64,000 bases of DNA. Origin: Amphiscolops sp. MND2022 (taxonomy: Eukaryota). The stretch covers positions 74,588,001 to 74,652,000 of the forward strand of contig OZ076409.1 in the NCBI GenBank assembly GCA_964187785.1. The letters run 5' to 3'. Made by a program: the position numbers and the translations under genes. Shown one piece after another: positions 1-12,271 of the stretch (its first letter is position 1; each line of letters starts with the position of its first letter). The notes beneath the pieces are model-generated. The model had not been told where the DNA came from and did not search any database. It worked only from the letters and a program-made list of their open reading frames with translations.

Positions 1-578
1 AAATAGCGTTTTTCCGGAGCGGGGGGGTTTCAATTTTCTAACGGTCCAGCTTATCTTTGCCATTTTTTCGAAAATGCACTCGCCTAAAGGCCTCCCCTGG
101 CCGGTTTTATTCCCAACAAAACCATTTGGCCCTAAATACGGAGTTTCAGCGTTCCAGCATTCCCGGGCGAAAAGTTGTGGGACTTAGAAAAGTTCAAAAA
201 TTTTCAAAAAAATTTTTTTCCGTTATTTGGGCCCTCAAAGTGGGGGAAAAGACCCCCCAACCAGTAAAGCAAGTGAATGCATGTGGAAAGCCCTTGTTTA
301 GACGAGAAAAATGCCGTTAAGAACGTCTTTTTATCTTAACTTGACATTGACTTTTATCGTTTTGAAGGTGACCGTTAGATACGGAAAATTGATGTTTTGA
401 GTATTTATCCCATCTGAAAGCCATTGAGATACAACATGTTTTGCTCAAAACGTATTTCATTGCAGTTTCGCTGTCCATTATCACCCTTTGGTGTCTTTTC
501 ACGTAATTTTCGTTTCTATAATAACAATTTTTTTGTGTATTTATTCATTTTTTTCTCATCAAATAACTTGAAACAGTT

Positions 579-622
579 GAGTACATTCCATCTCCCTTCC
601 CGGGGGAGATGAGAATGTACTC
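579..622 (+). other. Representative internal hairpin of the ~1.28-kb units (GAGTACATT-CCATCTCCC-loop-GGGAGATG-AG-AATGTACTC)
   Basis: Inverted repeat ~260-300 nt upstream of each unit end; variable loop; compensatory GGGTACATT/AATGTACCC variant in units 5 and 22. Confidence 0.8.
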
Positions 623-815
623 TGCTAAAGGTCAGGAACTACGGTCTATATCTTCCACAACACAAAAGGGATTGCAAATGGTTTCAGTTTGTCGCAGAAA
701 ACTTCTTTTTGCCCTCTGTGACTCGACAAAATGAACGTTTCTTACTTACTTTGAAACTCATCATACCACAACTCATCTCTAACGTCAGCGCCCCCCTACT
801 TGCATCAACGCCCAC

Positions 816-888
816 CGTCCGTGGGCATGCCGAGGCATGCCCTTCGACGACGTATACCAAGATATACCTGGAGCGCGGTAGCCGCTAG
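816..888 (+). terminator. Representative 3' terminus: subterminal palindrome (823-842), TTCGACGACGTAT, variable tail, CTAG; putative rolling-circle termination signal, present in 36 of 39 unit ends
   Basis: CGTC-CGT-GGGCATGCC-GA-GGCATGCCC-TTC-GACG. Hairpin plus CTRR is the known Helitron 3' signature. Confidence 0.75.
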
Positions 889-3074
889 GTGGAGGTTATT
901 TTATAATAATTAAAGTGTTTTTTTCCGGAGTTTGTGGCTTTGGAAAAAACAAAAGGCGAGAAATTGGGCACTCCGGGCTGAACCGTATACACTCAAAATT
1001 CGCCCAATATTTATACGATCTCGAAACCCAGCCGTACGATTTGGCTGAAAATTTGCATGCGGCTAAAAAATCAGATTCTAAGAACTATTTCCTGCTGACA
1101 TTTTTTTGAAATTTTTGTGTACGTTTCCCCCCCGCCCCCTAAAGGGGTCAATTTTCCCCAATTTTGCACTTATGAGCCAAATTCTCAAAACTGGTGGATC
1201 TGAGCGTATTCCCGGCGGGGACAACTTTTAACGCGCGCTCCTCAGTAGACCTTTTTGACTTTTAACTTTGGTGGTACGTTCACCCCCCGAGGAGGAAATG
1301 GCGTTTTTGTGACTTCCGGTCGAGGCTTTTTTCACCCAAAAAATAGAATTAAGCCAATTTTGAGCAGGAAGGAGTGGATTTAAAGTGCCTGTACCCTGCT
1401 AAAAATTTGTTGGGCTTGTAGCGATATATCTCATACCAAGTCTGGTTTTCACCCCCAAACCCCCCTTGGGACCAAAATTCACCCAAACTTTTTTTTTCTC
1501 TGTTTGTAGTTTTTTTTGCAAAATGTCGTCATTTCCATGGGTAAGGAGTTGAATTAGGGGCTCCTAATAGGGTACCAATGTTCAAGTACACTTGCAGTGC
1601 AACTGAGTGACCCTTTTGGGGCCTCTCCTGTGTTCGGCGAGGACCGGAAGTGGTGTAAACCCCCCTTTTTTGACGTTTGTTGACCTTGAGACTCGCGCTT
1701 AGATGACGTTTATGTCGCGCAAATCCTACAAACCAGTATTAGGATGACATGCTAGCCTACTAGAGAGCACTAAGGGAAACTGTACTATACCGGAAGTAAC
1801 CCCCCGTGACCGGAAGTTGTCATTTTTGACCGGAAATGGTCCAAAACATAGCGTAAAAGCAGTTTTCATTGCTTTTAAAGTCAACTTATTACCTTTTCAG
1901 TCTGCGCGAGCTTGTCTTCAGATTCGTTTTTGTTGTCCGTGCACACTACAACAAATATACATCTGTAGAACTTTTGCTATAATATCGTCGGAGAGAGAAA
2001 TAACGGGTTTTCGGAATTTTTTTCAAAAATGTTTGTCTATATCTATCATTTTTACCCAACGTTATTCAACAGTAGAACCACAGGGGTTAGTATCTGCCAA
2101 AATATATGCCTAACAAAACCACTCGTCCCATTGGTTGCAGTTTGAGCGTTCTAGCTTTGCCTGGTCACAAGTTGAGGGACTTCAAAAAGTTTCAAATTTT
2201 TTTGGAAATTTTTTTTTAAACGTCACGTCTCCCAAAGTTAAGAATTTTCCACACAACTAGGATTGCAAGAGAATGCACATGGTAAGACCTATAAATCGAG
2301 AGAAAAATTCCGTTCAGAACGTCTCTTTATCGTTACGTGACGTTAAAAGATGTTGCTTTGAATGTGAATTTGATAATGCGTCGAGAAGTAAAAGAGTGTG
2401 AATGGATCCTATGTCTCGACAAATACTCATCGCAATACATACGATGAACCCCAATTACCCTCACTTTCAGTTGGCTAGTACATCAGCGTCTTCCAAGGAC
2501 CGTTTACCTATTTAAAAATTGTCAAATTCATTATTAATATCAGTTAGCAAGAAATATTTGAGTACATTGTCATCTCTCCCCATCGGGTGAGATGAGAATG
2601 TTCTTGCTAAAAGTCAAGTACTACGGCCCATTTTTGTTTTATTGCGACGTTTTCTGTGCCTTAGCACAAGGATACTTTTATGTCATCTCACTTTTGTTAT
2701 ACAATCTGACTTGTTGTTATAAAATTCTCGTCATTACTTTACCTAAACTTACTACCATGCATCTTTAACGTCAAAGCCAAATTCATTTAGACGCCCACCA
2801 TTCCGTAGGTATGCCGAGGTATGCCTTTCGAAGAAGTATGGCAAAACACAAACGGGCAAATGAAAAGGGCTGAAATTCAGAAACAGTCACAAACAATTTT
2901 GACTATTTGACCGATGGTAGGTTTTTATATGGAACTTACACATCACTGACATTTCAAAACATTCCAGCTGACGCCCACTTACAAACATCAACGCCCACGG
3001 TCCGTGGGCATGCCGAGGCATGCCCTTCGACGACGTATGGCAAATACCTTTTACGACGTCCCAACTTTCCCTAG
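889..3074 (+). mobile_element. Unit 2: long composite non-autonomous unit (2186 bp) with a duplicated 3' end
   Basis: GTGGAGG head, ACCGGAAGT-rich middle, 1.28-kb-type second half, degenerate palindrome at ~2804-2840 and an intact one at 3006-3025. Confidence 0.75.
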
Positions 3075-5875
3075 GTGGTCGGGTATTTTTTTTACTCGTA
3101 GATGGCGTTTGCGAGGCTTTGGGGAGGGCCCCGTGCCGAGCCTGTACCGAAATTTACCACATACCAGAAGTGTCCGATTTAATCGAGATCTCAAAAACTA
3201 ACCGTTAGAATTCTCTGAAATTTTGCATGTGGCCCCTAATCAATGAGTAATGAAAAAGTGTAGGAGTGACGGTTGCTGAAAAACTTGTCTTTGTTGCACT
3301 TTTTGCGCAATTTTTGTCGCATTGTTGCGTTTTTTATGTCATTTTCGACTTTTCAAGCAAAAAACTCATAGATACTTTGTTCCTAGCGTATCAAGTGTGG
3401 AGCACGAAAAGTTGCAGCATCTTCCATTACGTATGCTGAGAAAATTTGGTTGCCCTCGGATTACCCCCCACAGAGATAGAGGGGTGCATCCGGGTATTTT
3501 TGACCCCTAAATTTGGAAAATTGCTAATTTTCGTAATAAATTCGTAGATTTAGCGCGTGCACACCCTGCTGACGATTTGTTAGGCATTTTGAGATAGATC
3601 CGATGACATGCGTTGAGTTCACCCCCATCACCCCCTTGACCGGAAATGAACGTTTTTGTGCACTTTCAGACCGGAAGTCTCCATTCTCACAGTAAGGAGG
3701 CATTGTACGAGCAACTAGCAGGGCATCAAAATTGAAGAACAATGTGGGGTGACCCTAGTTACCACGTGTTGCCCAGTCATGGGTACCGCCATGACCGGAA
3801 ATGGGGTCAAAACCCCCCTATTGGTAGTTTTTTAATCAGTTTGACTAGTGTTTGGTCCACATACAAGTCGGGTAATGCAATTGAACCAGTGTAAGCATAA
3901 ACTGCACGTTGACTGCGTAGACGTAACTGACACTGTCAGATACCGGAAGTAACCCCATGTGACCGGAAGTGGTCAATTTTGACCGGAAATGGTCCAAAAA
4001 GTAGCGTAAAAGCAGTTTTTCACTACTTTTTAAGGACAAATTTTTAGTTTTTTTCAATCTGAATGCCCCCTTTATACTCCCAAAGCTAACATCGTTGCCT
4101 GTTTTGCTAAAGATTTGGCAATTGATTACCTTTATCAACCCCGATAGCCTTCCAAGTTGACCTTGGGTCAATCTTGAAGGCTATCTATACTTAAAACGAA
4201 AAATCGAGATAAGTGGTTTTCTCCATTACGTTGATAGTTTTTCCTTGATGTCAAATTGTTAAGCAAAGACTTTTAGGCAAATTAATGATCTGAATCTTGT
4301 TCAGAGGTCTCACCCTGAGGAAGATTATTTGAGATTGAAGTAAACTGAGAATGAGGTTAGTATTTGTCAACATCAGAGAATCTTATCAACGCCCACCGTC
4401 TGTGGGCATGCCGAGGCATGCCCTTCGACGACGTATGCCAAATAGCGCCACAGGGCGCCCACACTTTCGCTAGGTGGTCGGGTATTTTTTTTACTCGTAT
4501 ATGACGTTTGCGAGGCTTTGGGGAGGGCCCCGTGCCGAGCCTGTACCGAAATTGGCCACATGTAGAAATCTGGCACTAAAATGCGAGATCTCAAAAAGTA
4601 GCCGTTAGAATTCTCTGAAATTTTGCATGTGGCTCAGAATTAATGAGTAATGAAAAAGTGTAGGAGTAAAAGTTGCTGAAAAAATGGTCCTTGTTGCACT
4701 TTTTGCGCAATTTTTGTCTGATTGTTGCGTTTTTTATGTCATTTTCGACTTTTCAAGCAAGAAACTCATGGATGCTTTGTTCCTAGCGCATCAAGTGTGG
4801 GGCACGAAAAGTTGCAGCATCTCCAATTGCGTATGCTGAGAAAAATTGGTTGCCGTCGGGTTACCCCCCACAGAGGTAGAGGGGTACTTCCGGTTATTTT
4901 TGACCCCCTAAATTAGGTAAACTGCTAATTTTTGTAATGAAGCCGTAGATTTAGCGTGTCCGCACCCTGCTGAAGTTTTGTTAGGCATTTTGAGAGAGAC
5001 CCAATGACATGTGTTCAGTTCACCCCCCATCACCCCCTTGACCGGAAATGAACGTTTTTGTGCACTTTCAGACCGGATGTCTCCATTTTCACCGGTAAGG
5101 AGGCCTTGTACGACCAACTAGCAGGATATCAAAATTGAAGTATAACCTAGGGTCAACTTAATGACCACGTGTTGTCCAGTCATGGGTTTCACTATGACCG
5201 GAAATGGGCTCAAAACCCCACTTTTAGTAGTTTTTTATCAATTTGAATAGTGTTTGGTCCACATTCAGGTGGCGTAAGTCACTTGCACCAGTGTGAGTAT
5301 TAACTGCATGTTCCCTGCGTAGACGTAACTGACACTGTCAGATACCGGAAGTAACCCCCTATGACCGGAAGTTGTCAATTTTGACCGGAAATGGTCCAAA
5401 AAGTAGCGTCGAAGCAGTTTTTCACTACTTTTTAGGGACAATTTTTTACTTTTTTTCAATCTGAATGCCTCCTTTATACTACCAAAGCTAACATCGTTGC
5501 CTGTTTTGCTAAAGATTTGGCTATTGATTACCTTTATCAACCCCGATAGCCTTCCAAGTTGACCTTGGGTCAATCTTGAAGGCTATCTATACTTAAAACG
5601 AAAAATCGAGATAAGTTGTTTTCTCCATTACGTTGATAATTTTTCCTTGATGTCAAATTGTTAAGCAAAGACTTTTAAGCAAATAAATGATCTGAATCTT
5701 GTTCAGAGGTCTCACCCTGAGGAAGATTATTTGAGATTGAAGTAAACTGAGAATGAGGTCAGTATTTGTCAACATCAGAGAATCTTATCAACGCCCACCG
5801 TCTGTGGGCATGCCGAGGCATGCCCTTCGACGACGTATGCCAAATAGCGCCACAGGGCGCCCACACTTTTGCTAG
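3075..5875 (+). mobile_element. Units 3-4: two ~1.4-kb family units (also units 15: 18454-19862, 28: 35233-36623)
   Basis: Head GTGGTCGGGTATTTT, about 6 ACCGGAAGT/ACCGGAAAT motifs each, GATAGCC hairpin. Confidence 0.85.
4143..4185 (+). other. Representative internal hairpin of the ~1.4-kb units (GATAGCCTTCCAAGTTGACC-TTG-GGTCAATCTTGAAGGCTATC)
   Basis: Inverted repeat seen in units 3, 4, 15, 28, 37 and 40 at the equivalent position. Confidence 0.8.
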
Positions 5876-8444
5876 GTGGCCACGACCATGGTTTCTTGCG
5901 TATCTTGTCGAATCTTTTGTCGTTGCCGGCCGGGGAGGGACCCGTTTGCCGGCGTGTGTAGTGTGGGGCCCCCATACCCAAAAAGTGGTATTTTTTTCAG
6001 AGATCTCAAAATCGGCCCGTCAGAATTGCCTGAAATTTGGCATGAGGCTCCCAATTGGGGAAAAAATAAGAAGTGTAGGAGGCGACTTGTTCGGGTAAAT
6101 ATTGTATGTTGACTTTTGGCCAAAATAGTGTTCCCCCCCAACATGGGCAAAATCACATGAGGTGTAAAAATATGATCACAACTTTTGAACCTTTGGATTT
6201 AGGGGTACGGTCGTGGACCACATTAAGCAAGAGCTTTGGTGAGCGGGTAGGATAGATGGGTTTCGATCCCAGTACCTTCAACCACTTTTGAGAAATTAAC
6301 GTTTCAAACAAACATCCGGGAGGTATATGTAGCCCCTGAAGGCAGGTTTTTCGCCATTTTCAATGTGAAGGAGTGGGTTTAGCGCCACGTGTGTGGGGTG
6401 CTTTTTTGTTGCCCGTGTGCGGAGCGTTGTATAGAGGTGCTGGTTGTTGAAATTGGAAAAGTTGGTAAAAAGTTATACCTATACCCCCCCCCTACTGTCT
6501 CTGCCATTCAATTTTTTTTTCAACTTCAGGCCTCCCAAAGGTGAGAAACTTCCACACAACTAGTATTGCAAGTGAATGCATGTGGAAAGTACTCGGATAG
6601 ACAAGAAAAATGAGCTATAGAACGACTCTTTAGCTTAACTTGACGTTGACTTATGACATTTTGAGTGTGAGCATGCTATGTGAGAGAAAAATTCAAAATT
6701 GAAAATCGAAGCTAAGTCTCATCCAAAACTCATCGAAATACATTCAATCCATCCCAAAGCGGATTAATTCCAGATATATAGTGCAGCAACACTATTCAAG
6801 ACCATTTGACACAATTTTACTAGTTTTGACATTGTATTATTCATCCGAGAGCACAAAACAGTTGGGTACATTCCATCTCCCTTTCGGGGGAGATGAGAAT
6901 GTACCCGCTAAATGACACGCACCATGGCCTAATTTTTACCTTTATGCGACGTTTTCTAGGCTTTCGCGCAAGCCCACTAATATTTACACTGGTTTCTTTC
7001 TCTTTCACTCCAAACTTTCCGTCCGTACTAACCACCTTACACACCACCAGCTCAACGACACATCTGTAACGTCAACGCCACATAATTGCATCAACGCCCA
7101 CCGTCCGTGGGCATGCCGAGGCATGCCCTTCGACGACGTATGCCCGTTGTCACAACAGGGCGCCCCCATTCCCGCTAGGTGGCCTGAAATTTTTTTTTTC
7201 AGCAAAATCTTTGCCATTGGGGGAGGGGCCCCGGATGGCCAGTAGTACGGCATAGCTCCCTACGGAATCCAGGCGGAAAAAACGTGATTTCGGAAACTAG
7301 CCGTCAGAATTTGCTCAAAATTTGCATACGGCTTCCTATGACAATCCTAAGAACTAATCCCTACTGGCATTTTGCCCGAAAAACGCAAAAAGTTGGTCAA
7401 AATCTTAGTTTTTTGGTCAAAAAATGGCGTTTTTTCGAAAAATTTTTTTTTCAGAGACAATTACTCGGAACTGGTTCACCTAGCGCAAAAACGCCTAGCT
7501 GATTTATTGTTGGGCACTTCATGAGGAGTGCGTATACAAATTTTCGTCCAAATCGGATAAAAGTTGATTGAGAAATAACTGAAAATTTGAGGCATTTTTT
7601 TGGAAATTTTTGAAATCCCAGTCTATCTCTGCCGTTTTTTGCCCAGATTTTTTTCCAGACACTCTCCTAAAGACCTCCCCTGGCCGGTTTACCTCCCAGC
7701 AAAACCATTTGGCCCTAAATACGGAGTTTCAGCATTCCAGCAAACCCCGGGTAAAAGATAAATGACTTAGAATTTTTTCGAAAAATTTTCAAAAAATTTT
7801 TTTTTCAACTTTAGGCCTCCCAAAGTCAAGAAACGTCCACACAACTAGTATTGCAAGTGGATGCATGTGGAAAGTGCTCGAATAGACGAGAAAAATGAGC
7901 TATTATAAACCTCTGTAGGTCAACCTGACGTTGACTTATGACAATTTTAGTGTGAGCTTGCTAAGTGACAAAAAATTTCAAAAATTGAAAATCGAAGCAT
8001 AGTCTCATCCAAACTCCTCGGAATACGTTCAATCCAAGCCAGAGCGGATTAAATCCAGCTATATAGTGCAGCAACACCATTCAAGTTGTTTTTGACTCCT
8101 TTTAATAAGTTTTAATAAGTTTTGACACTGTCTTATTCATCCGAAAGTTCGAAACAGTCAAGTACATTCCATCTCCCTTTAGGGAGATGGTAATGTACTC
8201 ACCAAAAACCAAGTAATATTGCCCTTTTTATACCTGGAAAGGCCCTAGAAATGCAGTAGCGTGAGCTCCAGGTCGTTTGCAGTAGCCTTCACGTGTGTTG
8301 TGACTTTGCTATAAAACTAACTATGTTACTAAAAGTGAAAAAAATTTCTCTTCAAAAAACTATTATATTTACACGTTTTGTTGTCAAATACAATTACTAA
8401 ACAAATAGCGCCCCCTTGTCTACTGTTCAACCGTGCACGTCTAG

Positions 8445-9726
8445 GTGGCCGTGTCTTTTCGACGTGCTTTTGCATTGAGGAGTGGGTAGGGCCCCGCGAC
8501 GACCTAGAAGAATTGGATGCTCACCGAAACGTGCAGAATTCTACGAGATCTCATAGTTTGAGCCATACGATTTTTCTGAAATTTGGCATGTGGCCTGGAA
8601 TTGGTGAGTAGGTAAAACGTGTAGGAGGTGATTTTTCCCAAATTCCACTGTGAGACGAGATATGGGCAAATAACGGTCCCAAAAATGGCAAAAATGCACT
8701 TTTTTCAACTTTGTCAGCCCATATCTCTTTTCCAGGTGCCCGTAGCGTTCCGCACGTGGACATCAATATTGCTCAGCGCTGTCGGAGGAGTGCGTGGACA
8801 AATTTTGGTTTAAATCGGACTTAAACTTGACGAGAAATTAACGGTTTTTTGGGCGTTTCCGGGGTAAATTTTTTAACGGTCCAGCTTATCTTTGCCATTT
8901 TTTCGAAACTGTACATGCCTAAAGGCCTCCCCCTGGCCGAATTTACTCCCAGCAAACCCATTTGGCCCTAAATACGGAGTTTCAGCGTTCCAGCATTCCG
9001 GGGCGGAAAGTTGTGGGACTTGGAAAAATTTCAAAATTTTTTCAAAAAATTTTTTTCCCGTTTTCCGGGCCCCCAATGAAGGGGAACGACCCCCCAACCA
9101 GTATTTTGAGTGAATTCATGTGGAACGCCCATGTTTGGCGGTGAAAAATGCCGTTTAGAACATCTTTTTATCTTAACTTGACATTGACTTATGACGTTTT
9201 GAATGTGATGTTAGGATATATGAAGCATGTTAAAAGTTGAAGTTTTGAGTCTTTATCTCATCGGAAAACCATTGAGATACAAGCATTTTTGCTAAAAACG
9301 ATTTTCATTGTAGGTTAGCAGAGTATTAGTACACTTTGATGTCATTTGAGTATTTTTTTCTTCTATATAATAACTGTTTTTATGTATTTATTCCAATTTA
9401 TCTCATCTTTTAACATCAAGCAGTTGAGTACATTTCATCTCCCTTTCGGGGGAGATGAGAATGTACTCGCTAAAAACTTAATGCTATGGCGCCAATGTTT
9501 GGATGGGAAGTTTTCTATGCTTTGAAAAAAGTTATTTTTAATTACTTGATTTTTTAAAACAATAATTAACATGAAGTACATTACTTGCTCCTACTACTAC
9601 CACCATACATCTCTAACGTCAACGCCCCCTGCTTGCATCAACGCCCCATCGTCCGTGGGCATGCCGAGGCATGCCCTTCGACGACGTATGCCAAATGCCC
9701 AGTGCCACGCAGTCTTTCCCCGCTAG
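8445..9726 (+). mobile_element. Unit 7 (1282 bp); apparently identical copy at 13343-14624, close relative at 26247-27527
   Basis: The ORF track repeats exactly at offset 4898; identity starts and stops at the CTAG|GTG junctions. Confidence 0.88.
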
Positions 9727-12271
9727 GTGGCCGTGTCTTTTCGACGTGCTTTTGCATTGAGGAGTGGGTAGGGCCCCGCGACGACCTAGAAGAATTGGAT
9801 GCTCACCGAAACGTGCAGAATTCTACGAGATCTCATAGTTTGAGCCATACGATTTTGCTGAAATTTGGCATGTGGCCTGGAATTGGTGAGTAGGTAAAAC
9901 GTGTAGGAGGTGATTTTTCCCAAATTCCACTGTGAGACGAGATATGGGCAAATAACGGTCCCAAAAATGGTAAAAATGCACTTTTTTCAACTTTGTCAGC
10001 CCATATCTCGTTCCCAGGTGCCCGGAGCGGGACGCGTTAAGCTGATTATAAACTCTAGGGTGTTGAGGCTGTACGGGGAAGTCAGGCCCGTTCCGATCGG
10101 ACTTGTAGTCTTGGAGAAATAACGGTATTTTTGGGGAACCTTTTCTAACGGTCCAGCTTATCTTTGCCATTTTTTCGAAAATGTACTCGCCTAAAGGCCT
10201 CCCCCTGGCCGAATTTACTCCCAGCAAAACCATTTGGCCCTAAATACGGAGTTTCAGCGTTCCAGCATTCCCGGGCGAAAAGTTGTGGGACTTAGAAAAA
10301 TTTCAAAAATTTTCAAAAAATTTTTTTCCGTTTTCCGCCCTCCCCCCCGAGGGGAAAAGACCCCCCAACCAGTAATTTGAGTGAATGCATGTCAAAAGCC
10401 CTTGTTTTGACGAGAAAAATACCGTTTAGAACATCTTTTTATCTTGACTCAACGTTGACTTATGACGTTTTGAATGTGATGTAAGGATGTAGGAGGCATG
10501 TGATAAGTTGATGTTTTGAGACTTTATCTCATATGAAAGCGGTTGAGATGCAAGCTGTCCTGCTCAAAACGTCTTTCGTTATAATTTTCCAGTGCACCAA
10601 TACCCTTTGGTGTCATATAAACATACTTTTTGTCGATATATTAACAATTTTAATGTATTTATTCCAATTTTTATTATCTTATAACTCAAAACAGTTGAGT
10701 ACATTTCATCTCCCTTTCGGGGGAGATGAGAATGTACTCGCTAAAGACCTAGCGCCATGACCAAAAGTTTGAAACCCACGTTTTTTATCTTCTTACAGAC
10801 TTGTTTTTGTATTTTTTCGGAATTTTTTAAAAATTAATATACTTGAAATACATTACTTGACTTTACTACTACAATCCACCTCCAACGTCAACGCCCCCTT
10901 GCTTGCATCAACGCCCACCGTCCGTGGGCATGCCGAGGCATGCCCTTCGACGACGTATGCCAAATGCCCAGTGCCACGCAGTCATTATCGCTAGGTGGCC
11001 GGAAATTTTTTTTTTCATCAAAATCTTTGCCATTGGGGGAGGGGCCCCGGATGGCCAGTAGTTCGGCTTGGCTACCTGCAAAATCAGGTACAAAAAAACA
11101 CGATCTCAAAATTGGCCCGTCAGAATTCGCTCATTTTTTGCATGCGGCCCTAGAATCAATATATAAGAACAAAGTCCTGCTGACGTTTTGCCCAAAAAAC
11201 ATTTTTTGTTGACCAAAAATAACATTTTTCATGCCAAAATGACCGTTTTTTCACATTTTTCAACTTTGAGAGCTCATATCTCGTTCCCAAGTGCCCGGAG
11301 CGGTTCGCACGTGAACTGCAATATTGCTCAGCGTTGTTAGCAGAGTGCGTGGACAAATTTTGGTCCAAATCGGACTTAAACTCGGGGAGATATAAGCGGA
11401 TTTTTGGGGGTTTCCGGGGTAAATTTTTTAACGGTCCAGCTTATCTTTGCCATTTTTTGGAAAATGTACTCGCCTAAAGGCCTCCCCCTGGCCGAATTTA
11501 CTCCCAGCAAAACCATTTGGCCCTAAATACGGAGTTTCAGCGTTCTAGCATTTCCGGGCGAAAAGTTGTGGGACTTAGAAAAAATTCAAAATTTTTCAAA
11601 AAATTTTTTTTCGTTTTCCGGCCCCCCAATGAAGGGGAACGACCCCCAACTAGGATTTTGGGTGAATCCATGCAAAAAGGTCTTGTTTAGTGGAGAAAAA
11701 TGCCGTTTAGAGCGACTTTTTATCTTAACTTGACGTTGACTTATGTCGTTTTGAATTTGATATTAGTATGTGTTGAGCATGTGAAAAGTTGAATATTTCA
11801 GTTGTTCTTTCGTGTTAGCCATTGAGATACAAGCTGTAGTGATCAAATTGTGATTTTTTGCAGTTTCGTGGTGCTTTTGGTGTATTTTGATTCATTTGAT
11901 AAAAAAGTTGTTCTTTATATATTGACAATTTAGGTGTATTGATTCAAATGAACATGAAACAGTTGAGTACATTTCATCTCCCTCTTGGGGGAGATGAGAA
12001 TGTACTCGCTAAAGTCCTAGTACTATGGCCCATTTTTGTTTTTATCAGACGCAGATACTGCCAACGGATACATTTTGTTGGTGCAACTTTCCTGTGCACA
12101 ATGTCTTTAGAAGCTAGAAAACTCTATGTCTCTAGCTTACTTCTCCTACAAATTCGTCACCAACGTCAACGCCACACACTCTCACTAACGCCCACCGTCT
12201 GTGGGCATGCCGAGGCATGCCCTTCGACGACGTATGCCAAATAGCGCCACCGGGCGCCCAATTTTGTCTAG

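Noticed and set aside
8445..9726. Units as TIR/MITE or LTR elements
   Set aside because: No terminal inverted repeats, no target-site duplications and no TG...CA ends. The ends are asymmetric and all units are co-oriented.
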